A stretch of 64,000 nt of DNA from the human T2T-CHM13v2.0 reference genome, Homo sapiens: the NCBI RefSeq assembly GCF_009914755.1, contig NC_060929.1. One strand, written 5' to 3'. Below are positions 42,552 to 55,285 of this stretch, piece after piece. Position numbers and translations under genes: made by a program. Below the pieces are notes generated by a model that was given only the letters and a program-made list of their open reading frames with translations, was not told the origin of the DNA and searched no databases. The first letter of the stretch is position 1, and each line of letters begins with the position of its first letter.

Positions 42552-42908
42552 TGTATTAGTCTGTTCTCATGCTGCTATGAAGAAATACCCATGACTGGGT
42601 AATTTACAAAGAAAAGAGATTTAATTTGCTCACAATTCTGCATGGCTAGGAAGCCCTCAGGAAACTTACAATCATGGCAGAAGGCATCTTTTCACACGGT
42701 GAAAGGATAGAGAATGAGAGCCAGCAGGGGAAATGCCAGATGCTTATAAAACCATCAGATTTCATGAAAACTCACTCATTATCATGAGAACAGCATAGGG
42801 AAAACCGCCCCCATGATCCAATCACCTCCACCTGGTCCCACCCTTGACATGGGGATTATTACAATTCAAGGTGAGATTTGGGTGGGGACAGAGAGCCAAA
42901 ACAAATCA
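42552..42908 (-). mobile_element. THE1-family MaLR solo LTR
   Basis: tgtattagtctgttctcatgctgct ... gagatttgggtggggacagagagccaaaacaaatca. 5-bp TSD GGAAG. Confidence 0.93.
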
Positions 42909-42913
42909 GGAAG

Positions 42914-43400
42914 GAAATAAGCAAACTGTTACGGAAGGCTCTGTCTGAGAAGATAGCTGAACTGAGAGCACTAATCATAAGAGAAGGAGAATCTTCCAGA
43001 CACAGGTACAAAGACCTGAAGGCAGGAAAGTATAGGATACATTTCAGAAATGAAAGACCTAAGTGACTGAGGATGGTGGGTGGAGGGGAAAGTGGTCCAA
43101 AGTAACAGTGGAAAGAGGAGAAAGAACCAGATAATACCTTACAGGTCTGTCTTGATAGGTGGCAGTAAGGAGTTCAGATTTTATTCACAGTGTAATGGAA
43201 GCCACTGAAGAATTTTAAGAACCTGACTCACTATGGTTACTATACAGAGAAATGAACTGTAATGGTCAAGGAAATAGAGGAAACAGATAGGAGATTGTTA
43301 CAGCAATTCAGGCAAGAGATGATGGTGCCTGACTAAAGGGTGGAAGCAGAGATAGAGAGGGGTAGACAGATATTTTGAAAGTAAAAGTGACAGGGTTCAG
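42914..43400 (-). mobile_element. L2 fragment
   Basis: gtaaggagttcagattttattc ... caggcaagagatgatggtg. Confidence 0.7.
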
Positions 43401-43974
43401 CAGCTCTCAATTACTTAACCCTTAAAATACGTGACATATGACACTAATAGTTCCATATATTCTTTTTAAGAGCAATCGCTATTTAGCAACCAGGAATAAC
43501 TCTGTCTATTCTTAAAAATGTATTCAGATATAAACTCAGGGCCCAGGAATACAGATCCCCACACTGCAGACTGAGCAGGAACTCCTGCTCTATCCACCTG
43601 CTCAATAAAGGAAGGCAAGTGAGGATGCTCCCATTTCTAATCTCCTGGCTGTGGCTCTGCTGGCCTGGGGCAAGCCTTATGAAGGTCACCAACAGTGAGG
43701 GATGGGACAAGACCCCAGAAGGGTTAAGAGCTGACAGAACCGGAAGTTGCTACAATGTTCCCTTCAGGCCAGTCCCCTGTCAACATGGTTCTTCTTTTCT
43801 CCTCAGACTCCATGAACCAATCTATCTGCTTCCCTTCCCACTGCCAGCACTAGCTCCTCTGGTATGGTTTCCTCTCTCCCTATAGCCCAACCTGAAATTC
43901 AACTCATTTTCACATAAATGACAAAGGTACAGAAACCAGCAACCACCTATATCTTATTTCCATTAAAGCAAAAA

Positions 43975-44185
43975 TAGCTAATTTATCAAACACTTGTTAT
44001 GTGTCATGTGTTATTTTAGAGCTTTCAATGTATTAACTCATTTCATGCTCATAAAAATCCTATCCCCATTTTACGAAGAGGAAACTGAGATACAAAGAAG
44101 TTACTAAACTTGCCCAGCCAGCAAGTGGCAGAGCCAGGGTTAGAACCCAGGAAGTCTGGCTGCAGTCCCCACTTTTGAGCTACAC
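43975..44185 (-). mobile_element. MIR SINE
   Basis: tatccccattttacgaagaggaaactgag ... tagaacccaggaagtctggc. Confidence 0.85.
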
Positions 44186-45436
44186 TGCCACTAGAGTCCA
44201 GCTTCAAAGTCAGGTGCTTCAGGGAGACAGTGAAACAACTGCAGTCAACATCAGAAAGGTCCAAGACTCAATTTAAAGATAGTATCTAACACATATTTTA
44301 ATGGAGAAATGTTCAAGTATATATTTTTATGGTTTCCACAGTGCTGAAATTACACAAGTTTGTTTTCACCAAGTTTTGGAATACTTCCAGAAAATCAGAT
44401 TAATATATGAAGAAGAGAAAACATTCATTTTTCATGAATACGTGGTAAAAGAGAGCAACTCATGTATACACTTGTCAGTTCTGTCAGAATGTAACCCTGC
44501 AGGGTAGGAAGCACCCATCTTCTGTGAGAACTTCCCACAAAGAGAATTATTAGTGTGGAATGAGTGCTCAGTTTAGAAATAAATAGCATTCTTCAAATGT
44601 CAGAGGCATCCCCATGGAATAACTCAGGTCCCCAACAAGACTATTAAGCTGATATTACAAACCGTAGCCATGAAGAAAGGAGTTCATCTATGCTGACAGT
44701 GATTGGGAGTGGAAACAAAAAGGCTGAGAATGTTCTCATTACCCAACAGTTTCCTGGATTAATCTTCTAAGAATGAACAGAAGTTTAGAATTCAGAGCCA
44801 TGGGATCACCCAAAGCTGTAGATCAAAAAGAAGAGCAAAAAGCAGCATTATAAGAAATATCTATAGTCAGGGGAATAAATACGTTGACAGTTAAAGATGA
44901 TGAAAAGAAGTTAAAGTCTTCTAAATAAAAATGATTCGCACTATAAAACACTCTGGCCCAATCACCTAGGTTACATAACAATAAGAGTTATAAATATTAC
45001 TCAGCAATATTTTGCCTTCCAGGTCTTCATGGTGCATCTTAATACAGTTCCAAAGTTACCCCAGCAAAAGAACTCTGTGAACGCACACTCCTAGTGCTGG
45101 AGCTCACCACAAACGTGTGCTTTCTCAAGAATCATACCTGGTTTGGGTTTTATTTTCCTTCTTTAAAAGTGCATGCAAATTTTACATTCTATTCTATAAA
45201 AGATCGGTTTTGATTTTTGCCTGGGGAAGGGGTCAGAAGGTAATTTAAAACATTATTTTTCTCAGGCAAGACTGTCACTACTAAAAGAGGGGCCAAGTCT
45301 ATCCTGTGGCCTTTCACATTTCCCCACCATCACCTAGAATGGATGTAGAAAACTCTGAGTTTGACAGCAAACTTCTACGTTTTTTAAAAACCACAAGGTG
45401 ATGTTCAACATTCAGGTTCTCTTTGTCTGCAGAGCA

Positions 45437-45610
45437 GCAGCTCTGAACTCCAGCTACACGTAACAATCACCTGGAAGGCTTTTTATGAATACCAGTGCCT
45501 AATCTCCACCCCAGATCAGCAGGATCAGAATCTCCTAGTGCAGGAAGAAACCATTCTGTTTTGTCGTTGCTACTTTTAGCTCCACTGGGTGACTTTAAAG
45601 GACAGAGTTG
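45437..45610. mobile_element. MER5B-like MITE
   Basis: aatcacctggaaggc ... ccaccccagatc ... atcagaatctc. Confidence 0.55.
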
Positions 45611-45834
45611 AGACTTACTTGCTCAGAGGATCCAAAAGAAACACTACGGTCCCAGAGTGAGCCCAGAGTGGTGCAGGAACACCAGAGTCAACCCCTGGGG
45701 ATGATCACGTTGTCCCTTCCTAAACCTAACTATCTTGAAGACACTGACCCACAGACCATAACAAGGTCAGTCTCTCTCTCTCTCGCACACACACACATAC
45801 ACACACACACACACACACCCCTTCCTCTATTTAA

Positions 45835-47895
45835 AAAAAAAAGCTACCTAAAACAGAAAGTTTACATGAGATCCAGAGTCTCAAACACAATGCAAAAAAT
45901 GTTCTGGTTTCAATGAAAAAAATCACACCAAGAACCAGGAAAATCCATACTGAATGAGAAAAGGCAACAGATTCCAACACCAAGATGGCAGAGATGTTAG
46001 AATTATCTGATAAAGCTTTTAATGCAGCCATGATAAAAAATTCATAAAACAAAAATTCTTCAATGATCAGTCATAAACATGCTAAATGAACTAAGAGAAA
46101 TGCCATTATGCTCCTCAGGCCCTTGAGGTAGTTGCACTGCTGGCCCAGCCAGGACTGTGTAGGTCTGGGCTGGTGAAGGTTGGGAAGTTTGTTTTGGTGG
46201 TGGGAGCTCATGGACCCTAATTACACTGTACATTGCAATGACGATGATCTGCTGGTAGATGTTCACTGTAATTTGCCTTTGGATTGATGGATCTAAACTG
46301 ACTTCACGAATTAGAGTGGTCATGAGCCAAAGACAAGAATCCTTAGAGAGGAGCAACATCCCTGGGGAGTGAATGACTGACAATGTCTGTGCCTCCAAGG
46401 GGTTAGGGTATGAAAAAGAGGCAAGATAACTGTCCCCAGGGGTTGGCTTTAATAATACCGAAAGCATAAATAAAAACAAAAACCAATACACTGGATTTCA
46501 TAAAACTTAATAACTGCTGCTAAGCAAAAACCCTAGGAAGAGGATTAAAAAGACAAGCTACTCAGAGAAAGTTTTCAAACTACATATCCAAAGAGAGGAC
46601 TAACATCTAGAATATGTAAAGAACTCGCAAAACTCAACAGCAGAAAAATAATACATTTAGAACATCAGCAAAACACATAAGAGGATATATGACACTTCAC
46701 CAAAGAGGATACAGATGGCAATTAAGCACATAAAAAGATGTTCCACATAATTAGCCATTAGGGAAATGAAATTAAAACCACAATGAAATATCACTATATA
46801 TCTAACAGGATGGCTAAAAATTTTTTTAAATAGTGACGCCACCAAATTCTGCCAAGGACACAAAGAAATTGGGTAACTCATACATTGCTGGTGGGACCGT
46901 AAAATGGTATCGCCACTTTGGAAAACAGTTTGGCGGTTTCTTAAGAAATTAAACACACAACTGCCATATAACCCAGCTTTTGCTCTCTTTGGTATTTAGC
47001 TCAGAGAAATGAAATTTTATTTTTAAACATAAAACCTGTACATGAGTGATCACAGCAGCTTTATTCATAAAGTCAAAATGATAAACAACCCACACATCCT
47101 TCAGCAGGTGCATGGTTAAGTGTTAGTACATCCATACCATGGAACATTACTCATCAATAAAAAAGGAACAAACTGTTGACACGTGCTACAAACCCTGGAA
47201 CTGCTGACACATGGAACCAACCGTGGAACTATGATAAGTTAAAAAGCAACCCAAAAGGTATGATTCCATTGATATGACATTCTTGAAATAAAATTATAGA
47301 AACAGAGAATAGATTCTTGGTTGCCAGAGTTTAAGAGGTGAAAGAGGCAAGGAAGAGAGTACGTCTATAAAAGTGCAACACGTGGCTGGGTGCGGTGGCT
47401 CATTCCTCTAATCCCAGCACTTTGGGAGGCTGAAGCAGGAGGATCACTTGAACCCAGGAGTTGAAGACCAACCTAGGCAACACAGGGAGACCCCGTCTCT
47501 ATAAAACATAAAAAAAATTAGCCAGGCACTGTGTCACACACCTGTGGTCCCAGCTCCTCAGGAGGCTGAGATGAGAAGATCACTCAAGCCGTGGGGGTCA
47601 AGGCTGCAATGAATCATGATCATGCCACTGTACTTCAGCCTGGGTGACAGAGCAAGATACTGTTGTCTGTTTGTTTGAAAAAAAAAAAAAAAAGACAATA
47701 TGTGGAATCTTTGAGATAATGGAAATGCTCTGTACCTTGAATATATCGATTATCAATATCCTACTTGTGATAGTAAATACAGTTTTGTAAGAAGTTACCA
47801 TTGAGGGAAACTGGGCAAAGGGACACAGGATCTCTCTGTATGGTTTCTTAAAATGGCATGTGAATTATCTCAAAATAGAAAGTTTAATTTAAAAG
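45835..47895 (+). mobile_element. Old L1M: 5'/ORF1 fragment (~45835-46100) and ORF2 3' end/3'UTR (~46450-47895)
   Basis: cagagatgttagaattatctgataaag (ORF1 region); ttagccattagggaaatgaaattaaaaccacaatg and cactttggaaaacagtttggc (ORF2 end). Confidence 0.8.
47384..47693 (+). mobile_element. AluJ inserted in L1M
   Basis: Diverged dimeric Alu with poly(A). Degenerate TSD ...caacacgtgg / ...caatatgtgg. Confidence 0.92.
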
Positions 47896-50800
47896 AAATG
47901 AAAGGTTACTGGCCCACTGAACCCTGACTGCAGCAAACAGCAAGTACTTGGAAGTGACCTTTAAGTGTGCTCCAGATTTTCATTTACTGGCCATTTTCAG
48001 CTCTACCATTTCATCCATGATTCATGAGGCCCAGCAACTCAACCAATTTTATTCAATAAAAAGGGGGCATCCTGTAGTTTTGCCAAGACCAATTATTCCC
48101 ATGGCGACCCTCAACATAATATTAACTATCAAACCTAGAAAACACCACAGCCTGGAGTGGACCACTTTCTCTGCTGCTACTCTCTTTGTTCTCTTGCACC
48201 TCTTCAGAGAAAGGTGCTAAAATAACTCAAACCCCTCTCTTCCCAGTACCATTACCTTTCCAGAGCTGCCTTCCAGAAACTAACTTAATCTTCACACAAA
48301 TTGGGAAGAGAAAAAAAAAATCACACTGCTAACCCCCCATCTTTTACATTACAACAAACCCAGTTCTCAGGGGGAACAAAAAAGGATACTACTCTACAGC
48401 ATATCTAGGACAAGAAGAATCCACCTGTGACTTAATTCATATTTGGACAACTCTGAATGCATAAACACCAGGTCCAAAAACAAAATAAGATGCAACCTTG
48501 GTTTTCTACCTACAAAGTACAGTCCTTAAAACAGATATAAGGATTCATGTTTCCATCTGCACGGAGAAATTTATTTCAACATAAAAAGATGAAAATCTAT
48601 CCTAAATTGAAAGCTCTCCAGAGATGGAAAATTCACAATCTATCCTGATACTCCTGGTATTTCCCAGCCTCTGTCAGGCCACACTACCATCTGCATCCTA
48701 TCTTGGTAAAAATTATGTCTGTTCCTCTCATGATTGTAGGAATTGGTCTATATAGCTTGCAAAATTTTAGTCACTCCTAAGAATGCAAGTTACCTAGAGC
48801 AGAGAGTAGTTTCTCTAGCCCTGTAATCTACCCTTTAATTTATAAATCTTTTCTATCCGTCAGAATTCAGGAGTTCCATAGTTGATATAATCTTAAAAAG
48901 CAAAAAATTCAGGATGATCAGGATATAAATTATATCTTAACAATACAGATTAACAGCCATAAGAAATATAGAGAAAGTTTCCCAGACATTGTTTCCTCGA
49001 TAAATTAACAACAAAATTTGTAACACAGAGAAGACATCACACAATCATTTAACTCATGCAAATTAAGGTAGATCCACTGGGGTGGAGGGCTGTGGAGAAG
49101 ACAGGGAAACTCCAGAAGTCATCCTTATTCCCTCAGTTTCCCTGATGCTTTCCTGAAATGCACTTAGAAACACTGAGTCTTCTTCTAGTTCAAGTACATT
49201 TTTTGTGCATGTCCTCTAAAACAAACTTCTTCACTGGATGCTCAACTGAACATACAGTCGTTATTCCAGGAAGGAGGAAACATGGGCTGTTTGAATGGCT
49301 GGTAGGGTGGCCTCCATAGTGGAACCTTTCTAAATGGCTTAAGTCTAGTTCTAACCCACACTATTTTTGTATCAAGGGCTGAATTTGGAAGCCATTCCAC
49401 TGTGATGTGTTCTCCAGCAGTCCATGTCCACTCTCCTGTGAATTAGTTATATGCAGGTGTCTATGAGCGTGCAGGGGTGTACAGATGTGCACATACACAA
49501 ACACCTTTACAAAGGTGGTGGAACACACTGAGCTAATATCAAATCAGTGCATTCTCTCAGTGGATACTCATTCCAAGAGGCGAGCACCCTGGGGGGGTCA
49601 AGCTAGCCCACTGGCTTTCAGTGGGCATCAATGAAGGCAGAAAAGCATATACATGTCCCCCCATTTAGAATTTTTGCTTAAAATTAATAACTGCAAGTTT
49701 TTTAAACGCTTCCTTTTATGTACTAAACCTATAAAACAATTAGAAGTCCCCAAAATTTTCCCCACATAGGCTGAACATCTAAAATCCCTTCATTACAAAA
49801 TAAAGTCTTGTATCCCACAACAAAGCCTGAGTATAACATCAAAATACTTTTGAAAATAAGAGTAGAGGTCTAAAATCATCCTTCCTAAGGGCAGATTTTG
49901 ATGAAACAAGAGGTAAGGAACACAAAGGCCAGCCTGAACATTGAAGAAATGACAGGGAAGAGGAGAAAGGTTATTAGCAGGAGACCAAGTCTGTGACAGC
50001 ACTCTGATCATCCTGGAGTTTGGCCATAAGGGAGAAAACACTAAAATGCTTACATGCCTAATCCCTCCTGCTTTCTCATCTGCAAAAGGAAGATGAGATC
50101 TCACCAACAGCAAACTGCATAAGAAGACGACCAACACTTAACATAAAACCTCAGCCATTCTGAGAAGTCCTGGCCAGCATTTACCAAACTCAGACTTTGA
50201 TCTAAGGCTTACCCGAAGGCACAATACATTCCCTAGCAGTAACAGAGAGTTGTCAAGACAACTGCTTAATGGAACATGTCCAAATCTAGAATCAAGCACT
50301 TTTTGCCAAAATATGATTAGTTATATGTAATCCTATAAGACATAAGAAAGACACTATGAGCCACCTTTTGCTCAAAGCACTGACCTACTCAAATTTAAGA
50401 CGACTATTTTAAGGAAATTAAAAGCCATACAATTTCTCTATTTTATTATCTGAGGTAGGAACTCAAAACTTAAGAGTCAAAATGGAATCTAATTTTCTGA
50501 GCAGATTAATCATTGTTACCCAAAGGAGAAGTGCTAGGTCATCAGATGTCTCCCTGCTCTTGGAGAGCTTAGCCCTACTCCCAGAGAACAGCTGCAGGAG
50601 TGAGGGACCACACAGGAGCAGTCAGAGGGTCAGAAGGTCTGACACCAAATGAAGAAACTCGTGCTACCAAATCCTGAGAAAAACTAGTCAGATTTAGAAG
50701 GAACTGAAAACAAGGATCAGAGAGAAAAGCATACAAAGGTATCAACCTATTTATAAATAACGTTTCCTCTCCCCCTGCTTGTTCAATAAAACTATTTTAT

Positions 50801-51246
50801 TAAAATGTTTTTCATTAAAACAAAATAGTACTTAGTTGTAACTTTATTCTGTTAAATATTCTACAGAATTAACATTCTACAGAATATATGTTATATATTC
50901 TACAAAATGATAAAATAACTCTAAAGATAGATAGGAATTGACCATAGATGCTACTTTTTCTCATCCATAATGCTACTGCTTAAAAATCCTTTAACCAAGA
51001 GATAAATTTGTGGGAAAATACTTGAATTTACCAGTTACAGGGGAAGATTTAGTTCTTCAAGTCCCTAGAGAATAACTTCAAAAACAGAAAAACTAAGTTT
51101 TTAATGTATACTCTTCCAAGCTTTCAAGAACAGTTAAGTCTCTGATTATATATTACAAAGCACAGGGGAAAAAAATGAAATGTCCCCAATTATATGATGC
51201 TGTTATAACTTCAGTACCAAAAAGAGAAACCCATCCTCTGCACATC

Positions 51247-51247
51247 A

Positions 51248-51289
<42 letters not shown>
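51247..51289. repeat. (CA)n microsatellite
   Basis: Seen directly. Confidence 0.95.
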
Positions 51290-51291
<2 letters not shown>

Positions 51292-51409
51292 TCAGCCAAG
51301 GGGAAAGGAGAGCAGCACATATCTCAGTCACCCAGAAGCCACTGATATTTAGAAACCATCCCCCACCAGACCATTCTTACATTCCTTCTGGTTGCAGGCC
51401 AGTATATGT

Positions 51410-51738
51410 CAACAATCCCTCACAAATCCCTTACCCAAAACTCATGGGGCCAGATGTGTTCCAATTCAAAAATTTTTAATTTCAGAAAGGCACCTTCTGG
51501 GGATATCCAATATATTTCACATACCATCAGAGAGCGTGAGGCGGCTATGATATTCTGCCGTAAAAATGCATGAACAGTTACACTAAATGTGATCAAGACT
51601 ATAATACTGCTTCACAACAGAGCCAGGTAGTTTCCTCAGATATACTCAAGTCTGGTCAGGTTTTTAAATCAAATGAGATATTAAAAAATTCAAATCAGAA
51701 CTTTTGGATTGCAGAATTGTAAGGAATTATTAACCTGT
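51410..51738. mobile_element. TcMar-Tigger MITE (MER46C-like)
   Basis: atcccttacccaaaactcatggggccagatgtgtt ... cttttggattgcagaattg ... aacctgt. Confidence 0.55.
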
Positions 51739-51754
51739 GATAGATCACTCTGTA

Positions 51755-51945
51755 AATAATAATGATAATTGCTTATAATTCATTGACTGCCTAGTATGAG
51801 AGATTATATGTTTGGCATACGTTATCTTTAACCCTTTCTACCACTCTCTAAGGTTTTATAAATGAGGCTTAGAAAGGTTAAGTGACTCACCCAAGGCCAG
51901 TTACTGAAAGCAGCAGGATTTGAACCAAGATCTGTTTATATTCCA
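51755..51945 (-). mobile_element. MIR SINE
   Basis: tgaggcttagaaaggttaagtgactcacccaagg ... ggatttgaacc. Confidence 0.75.
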
Positions 51946-51959
51946 TCCAGTGTGCAATT

Positions 51960-52400
51960 CTAACAGGTTCTTGATTGCAAGCTACAGAAAGCATGTCTAG
52001 CAAACATAAGCAAATAAACAATTTTCTGGAAGCATATTAATATCTCACAGAATGGATGGGAAATCTAGAAAACCAAGCTCACAAAGTGAGCCAAATCCAA
52101 ACAAGGCTGAGTTGCAGAAGCAACGACAAAGGTCAAGTCCTGAAGCTGGGATGCTGCCTTGACACTGCCAACAGCAGGACACACGTCATCATGGCCACTG
52201 GGCTCCCACAACCAGACACAGTTGAGAAAACTTTCTGAACTCTCCCCTGTCTTCGTAAGAATCAAAGTCCCACAGCCTTCCATAATGTGAAAATGACAGT
52301 ATGTCCCACCAATTCCACACTGAGGAGGGGGCTCCTCCCAAAGTGAAGGAGGATCAGAAGACTGGGTAACCTCCCCCTTTCAGGTGACAAATATCTACTG
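51960..52400 (-). mobile_element. Old MLT1-type MaLR LTR
   Basis: ttcttgattgcaagctacagaaa ... tctcacagaat. Confidence 0.45.
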
Positions 52401-52429
52401 CAGCCACTCTAATTCTAAAAATGTCTGCA

Positions 52430-54740
52430 AATCACAGTCAATGGCATGTAATAAAGTAGGATTTCTTCCAGGAATGGAAGTATTTTTTCATTTTAAGAAA
52501 TTTATAATACGGCAGTGCACATCAGTTAGTCAAATTTTTATTTAAAAACTCAATTAGCACTTTTAAAAGGTACGTGATATAACTTAACATCCATTCTGGC
52601 TTTTAAAATTCTTGATAAATTAGGAAGAGAAAGCTCTTTCCTTTAATCTATTTTTTAACCACAATCTAAACATATTTTAAAGAGCAATATTTCAATTAGT
52701 CACCACCATTTCTTCACATCATTCGAAAGTTCTAACCTAAGTTCAGGCTCAAGAAAAAAAAAAGTTCTAACCAATAATGGTTAGAAAAGAAAGGAAGCAA
52801 GTGTCAGAAACTAGGAGCAAACCTGCTGTTATTTGACAGATGATATGACTATACCTGCAATGACGACAAAGACTGCAGCCCAGAGTGGAGGCTCACATCC
52901 ATCCTTGGGAATGGCCAATGGTAAATCCTGCATGTGTGAGTCAAGCACCTGGCTACTCTTGGGGAAATTCTGACCCAGTAGAAAAATTCAAACGTAGCTA
53001 TTCAAACTGTGGTGTTAACTGTTTCATCAGTAAAAATATAGCAGGAATATCTCTTCCAGGATAATTATGACACCTTCTGATTGTTTTGGTCTTTGGAGGA
53101 TTCAGCAAGGAGACAGAAGAGAGCACTGTCACTTGATGTGGGAGGGTTGGGGGAACAGTCCCAGTAACAGGACTGCAGAAGGGGAATTAGGGAGCAGCTA
53201 AAAGATACAGTATATAGGTAGCAGGTGTGTCTGATACCCAGTTGTGGAATTTTCCTTCCTGGCTTCTAACTCTTTCCACATTCCTAGTTACTCTCCAACC
53301 TCTTACTGGGCAATCACTGCATCTATTATTTGTTATGTTTTCCTCAAACCTGAGAAATAAATCTGGTTACATGTAGCCCAGACTTGAATTGGAACTGTGT
53401 GGAAAAGGAAAAATGCTTCGGAGCAAACAAGTTGTAAGAAGCCAGCAATGACCCTTTGAGAAGCTAGAAAGGAAAGACCAAGGCAAGAGGTAATAAATGC
53501 CAATCAAGACAAGTCAAGGCTCTCCCCAGAGGATCCTCAGAAGTGCATGTGAAGGGTTAGATGAATACTCTCCAGTCATACAGGACGTGTATTCCATTTA
53601 ATGTAACTTAGGCATTTAAAGAAACAATGGCTCCCAAAGGCTGGGGAACTTGGAATAGTCAAGAAATCTCAAAGGAGTCAACTAAAGATTAAGTGGAGCC
53701 AATAATGAAGTTTAGCAAAATAGAGAAATACAAGATAAACTGTTTTCTTTAGCTTTCTTATAAACTAGCAATAAACTGTTTTAAAAGAATGAAATAAAAA
53801 TAGCATTTAAAACGTAACCAAAAAATGTGACATTGCAGGATAACCTTAAAAAGATATAAGATTTCAATGACAAAAGACCGTAAAACTGTACTGAAAGAAA
53901 AATTTGAACAAATGGAGAGGCAGAGCATGTTGTTGGATGCAAAAGCTAAATCTGGAGTTCTTTCAAAATGAAATGACAGGTTTAACACAATCAGATTGAA
54001 ATCCCATTGGCAATTTTTATAATGGCAAAAATTAAGTCTTAATTTAAAGAAAAAGGACACAAGGGAACTACTAATAAATTAAAGAGCAATACAAACAAGT
54101 GATCAGGATGGGTGCTGGCCAAATCAAAGAATAAAAGCTTTTATAAATTAATTGTATTCAGACAACTTTTGGTACACTAACAGACAAATCAATAAAATGG
54201 GGGTGGGGGAAAAGCTGAAATAAATCCAATATATAAGACCTTAAAATTTAAACAAACAAATGGTAAATGAAAAAACAGTCAACAAACTATATTGGGACAA
54301 AAAGTTATCTGTCAATAAATAAACAATTTCCATTTGTATATCTCAAGATAAATTCTAGATAGGTTAAAAGTTAAGTGTAAAAAAATAAAGTTAGCCATAA
54401 AAATGAAGTACTGATACCTATTATATTAAAAACTCTGAAAATATTACGCTAAGTAAAAGAGCTCAATCACAAAAGACAACATATTATATGATTCCATTTA
54501 TATGAAGTGCCCAGAAAATGCAAATCTAGAGAGACAGGAAGTAGGTTAGGAGTCGCTGGTGGGGAGGATGGGGGTGATAGCTAAAGGATACAAGGTTTCT
54601 TTTCAAGGTGATAAAACAAGTTATAAATTGACTGTGGTGATGGCTGCTCAACTCCATGAATATACCAAAAAACACTAAACTGTACACCTTCAGTGGGTAG
54701 ACTGATATGTGAACTCCATCTCGATAAAACTGTCAACAAA
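52430..54740 (+). mobile_element. Ancient L1ME ORF2/3' end, interrupted at ~52857-53660
   Basis: RT-motif remnant (F)ADDM at ~52830-52856, resuming with ENPKES/KFSK-like sequence at ~53664. 3' end tatatgattccatttatatgaagtgcccagaa. Confidence 0.7.
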
Positions 54741-55139
54741 AGATGATAATATAGATGACTATTCTGAAAAGGAAGGGATTTTAACTTAAAAACATTAAGA
54801 ATCCATTAAAAATCATAGATTTAACTACATTAAAATTAGAACTACTTTAACCTGAGTCCAAAGGCAAAAAGTATATAACATTCGCAATTAACAAGGCAGA
54901 CCAAAGGCTAACTTCACTATTTTTTTTTTAATGCAAAGATGACTCTGTTGCAACCAATCATCAGTAAAATCTCCACTCAGAGCCTGAGAACTTTCTGCCG
55001 CAGCCAAACACATATTTTTCCTTCTCATGGAAACAGATGGGAGCAGAAGGTATGTACTACCCGGGAAGATAGTTTAGACATGGGCATATTCAAACTAAAG
55101 AAGATGAGTACCTGTCAAAATCATGCTTGAAGCTTCTTT

Positions 55140-55285
55140 TGAGGAAGAAAGGAAGGAAGGAAGGAAGGGAGAGGGAGGGAGGGAAAGAGAAACAAAAAGA
55201 GAAAGAGAAACAAGGAAAGAGAAACGGAAGGAAGGAAGGAAGGAGAAGAAAAAAAGGAAGGAAGTTAAAAGAAAAGAAAAGAAAT
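55140..55285. repeat. Purine-rich (GGAA/GAAA)n low-complexity tract
   Basis: Seen directly. Confidence 0.9.

Noticed and set aside
50857-50907. Three attctaca(g/a)aat mini-palindromic units with short spacers
   Set aside because: Too short, AT-rich and irregular to be an array; low-complexity duplication.
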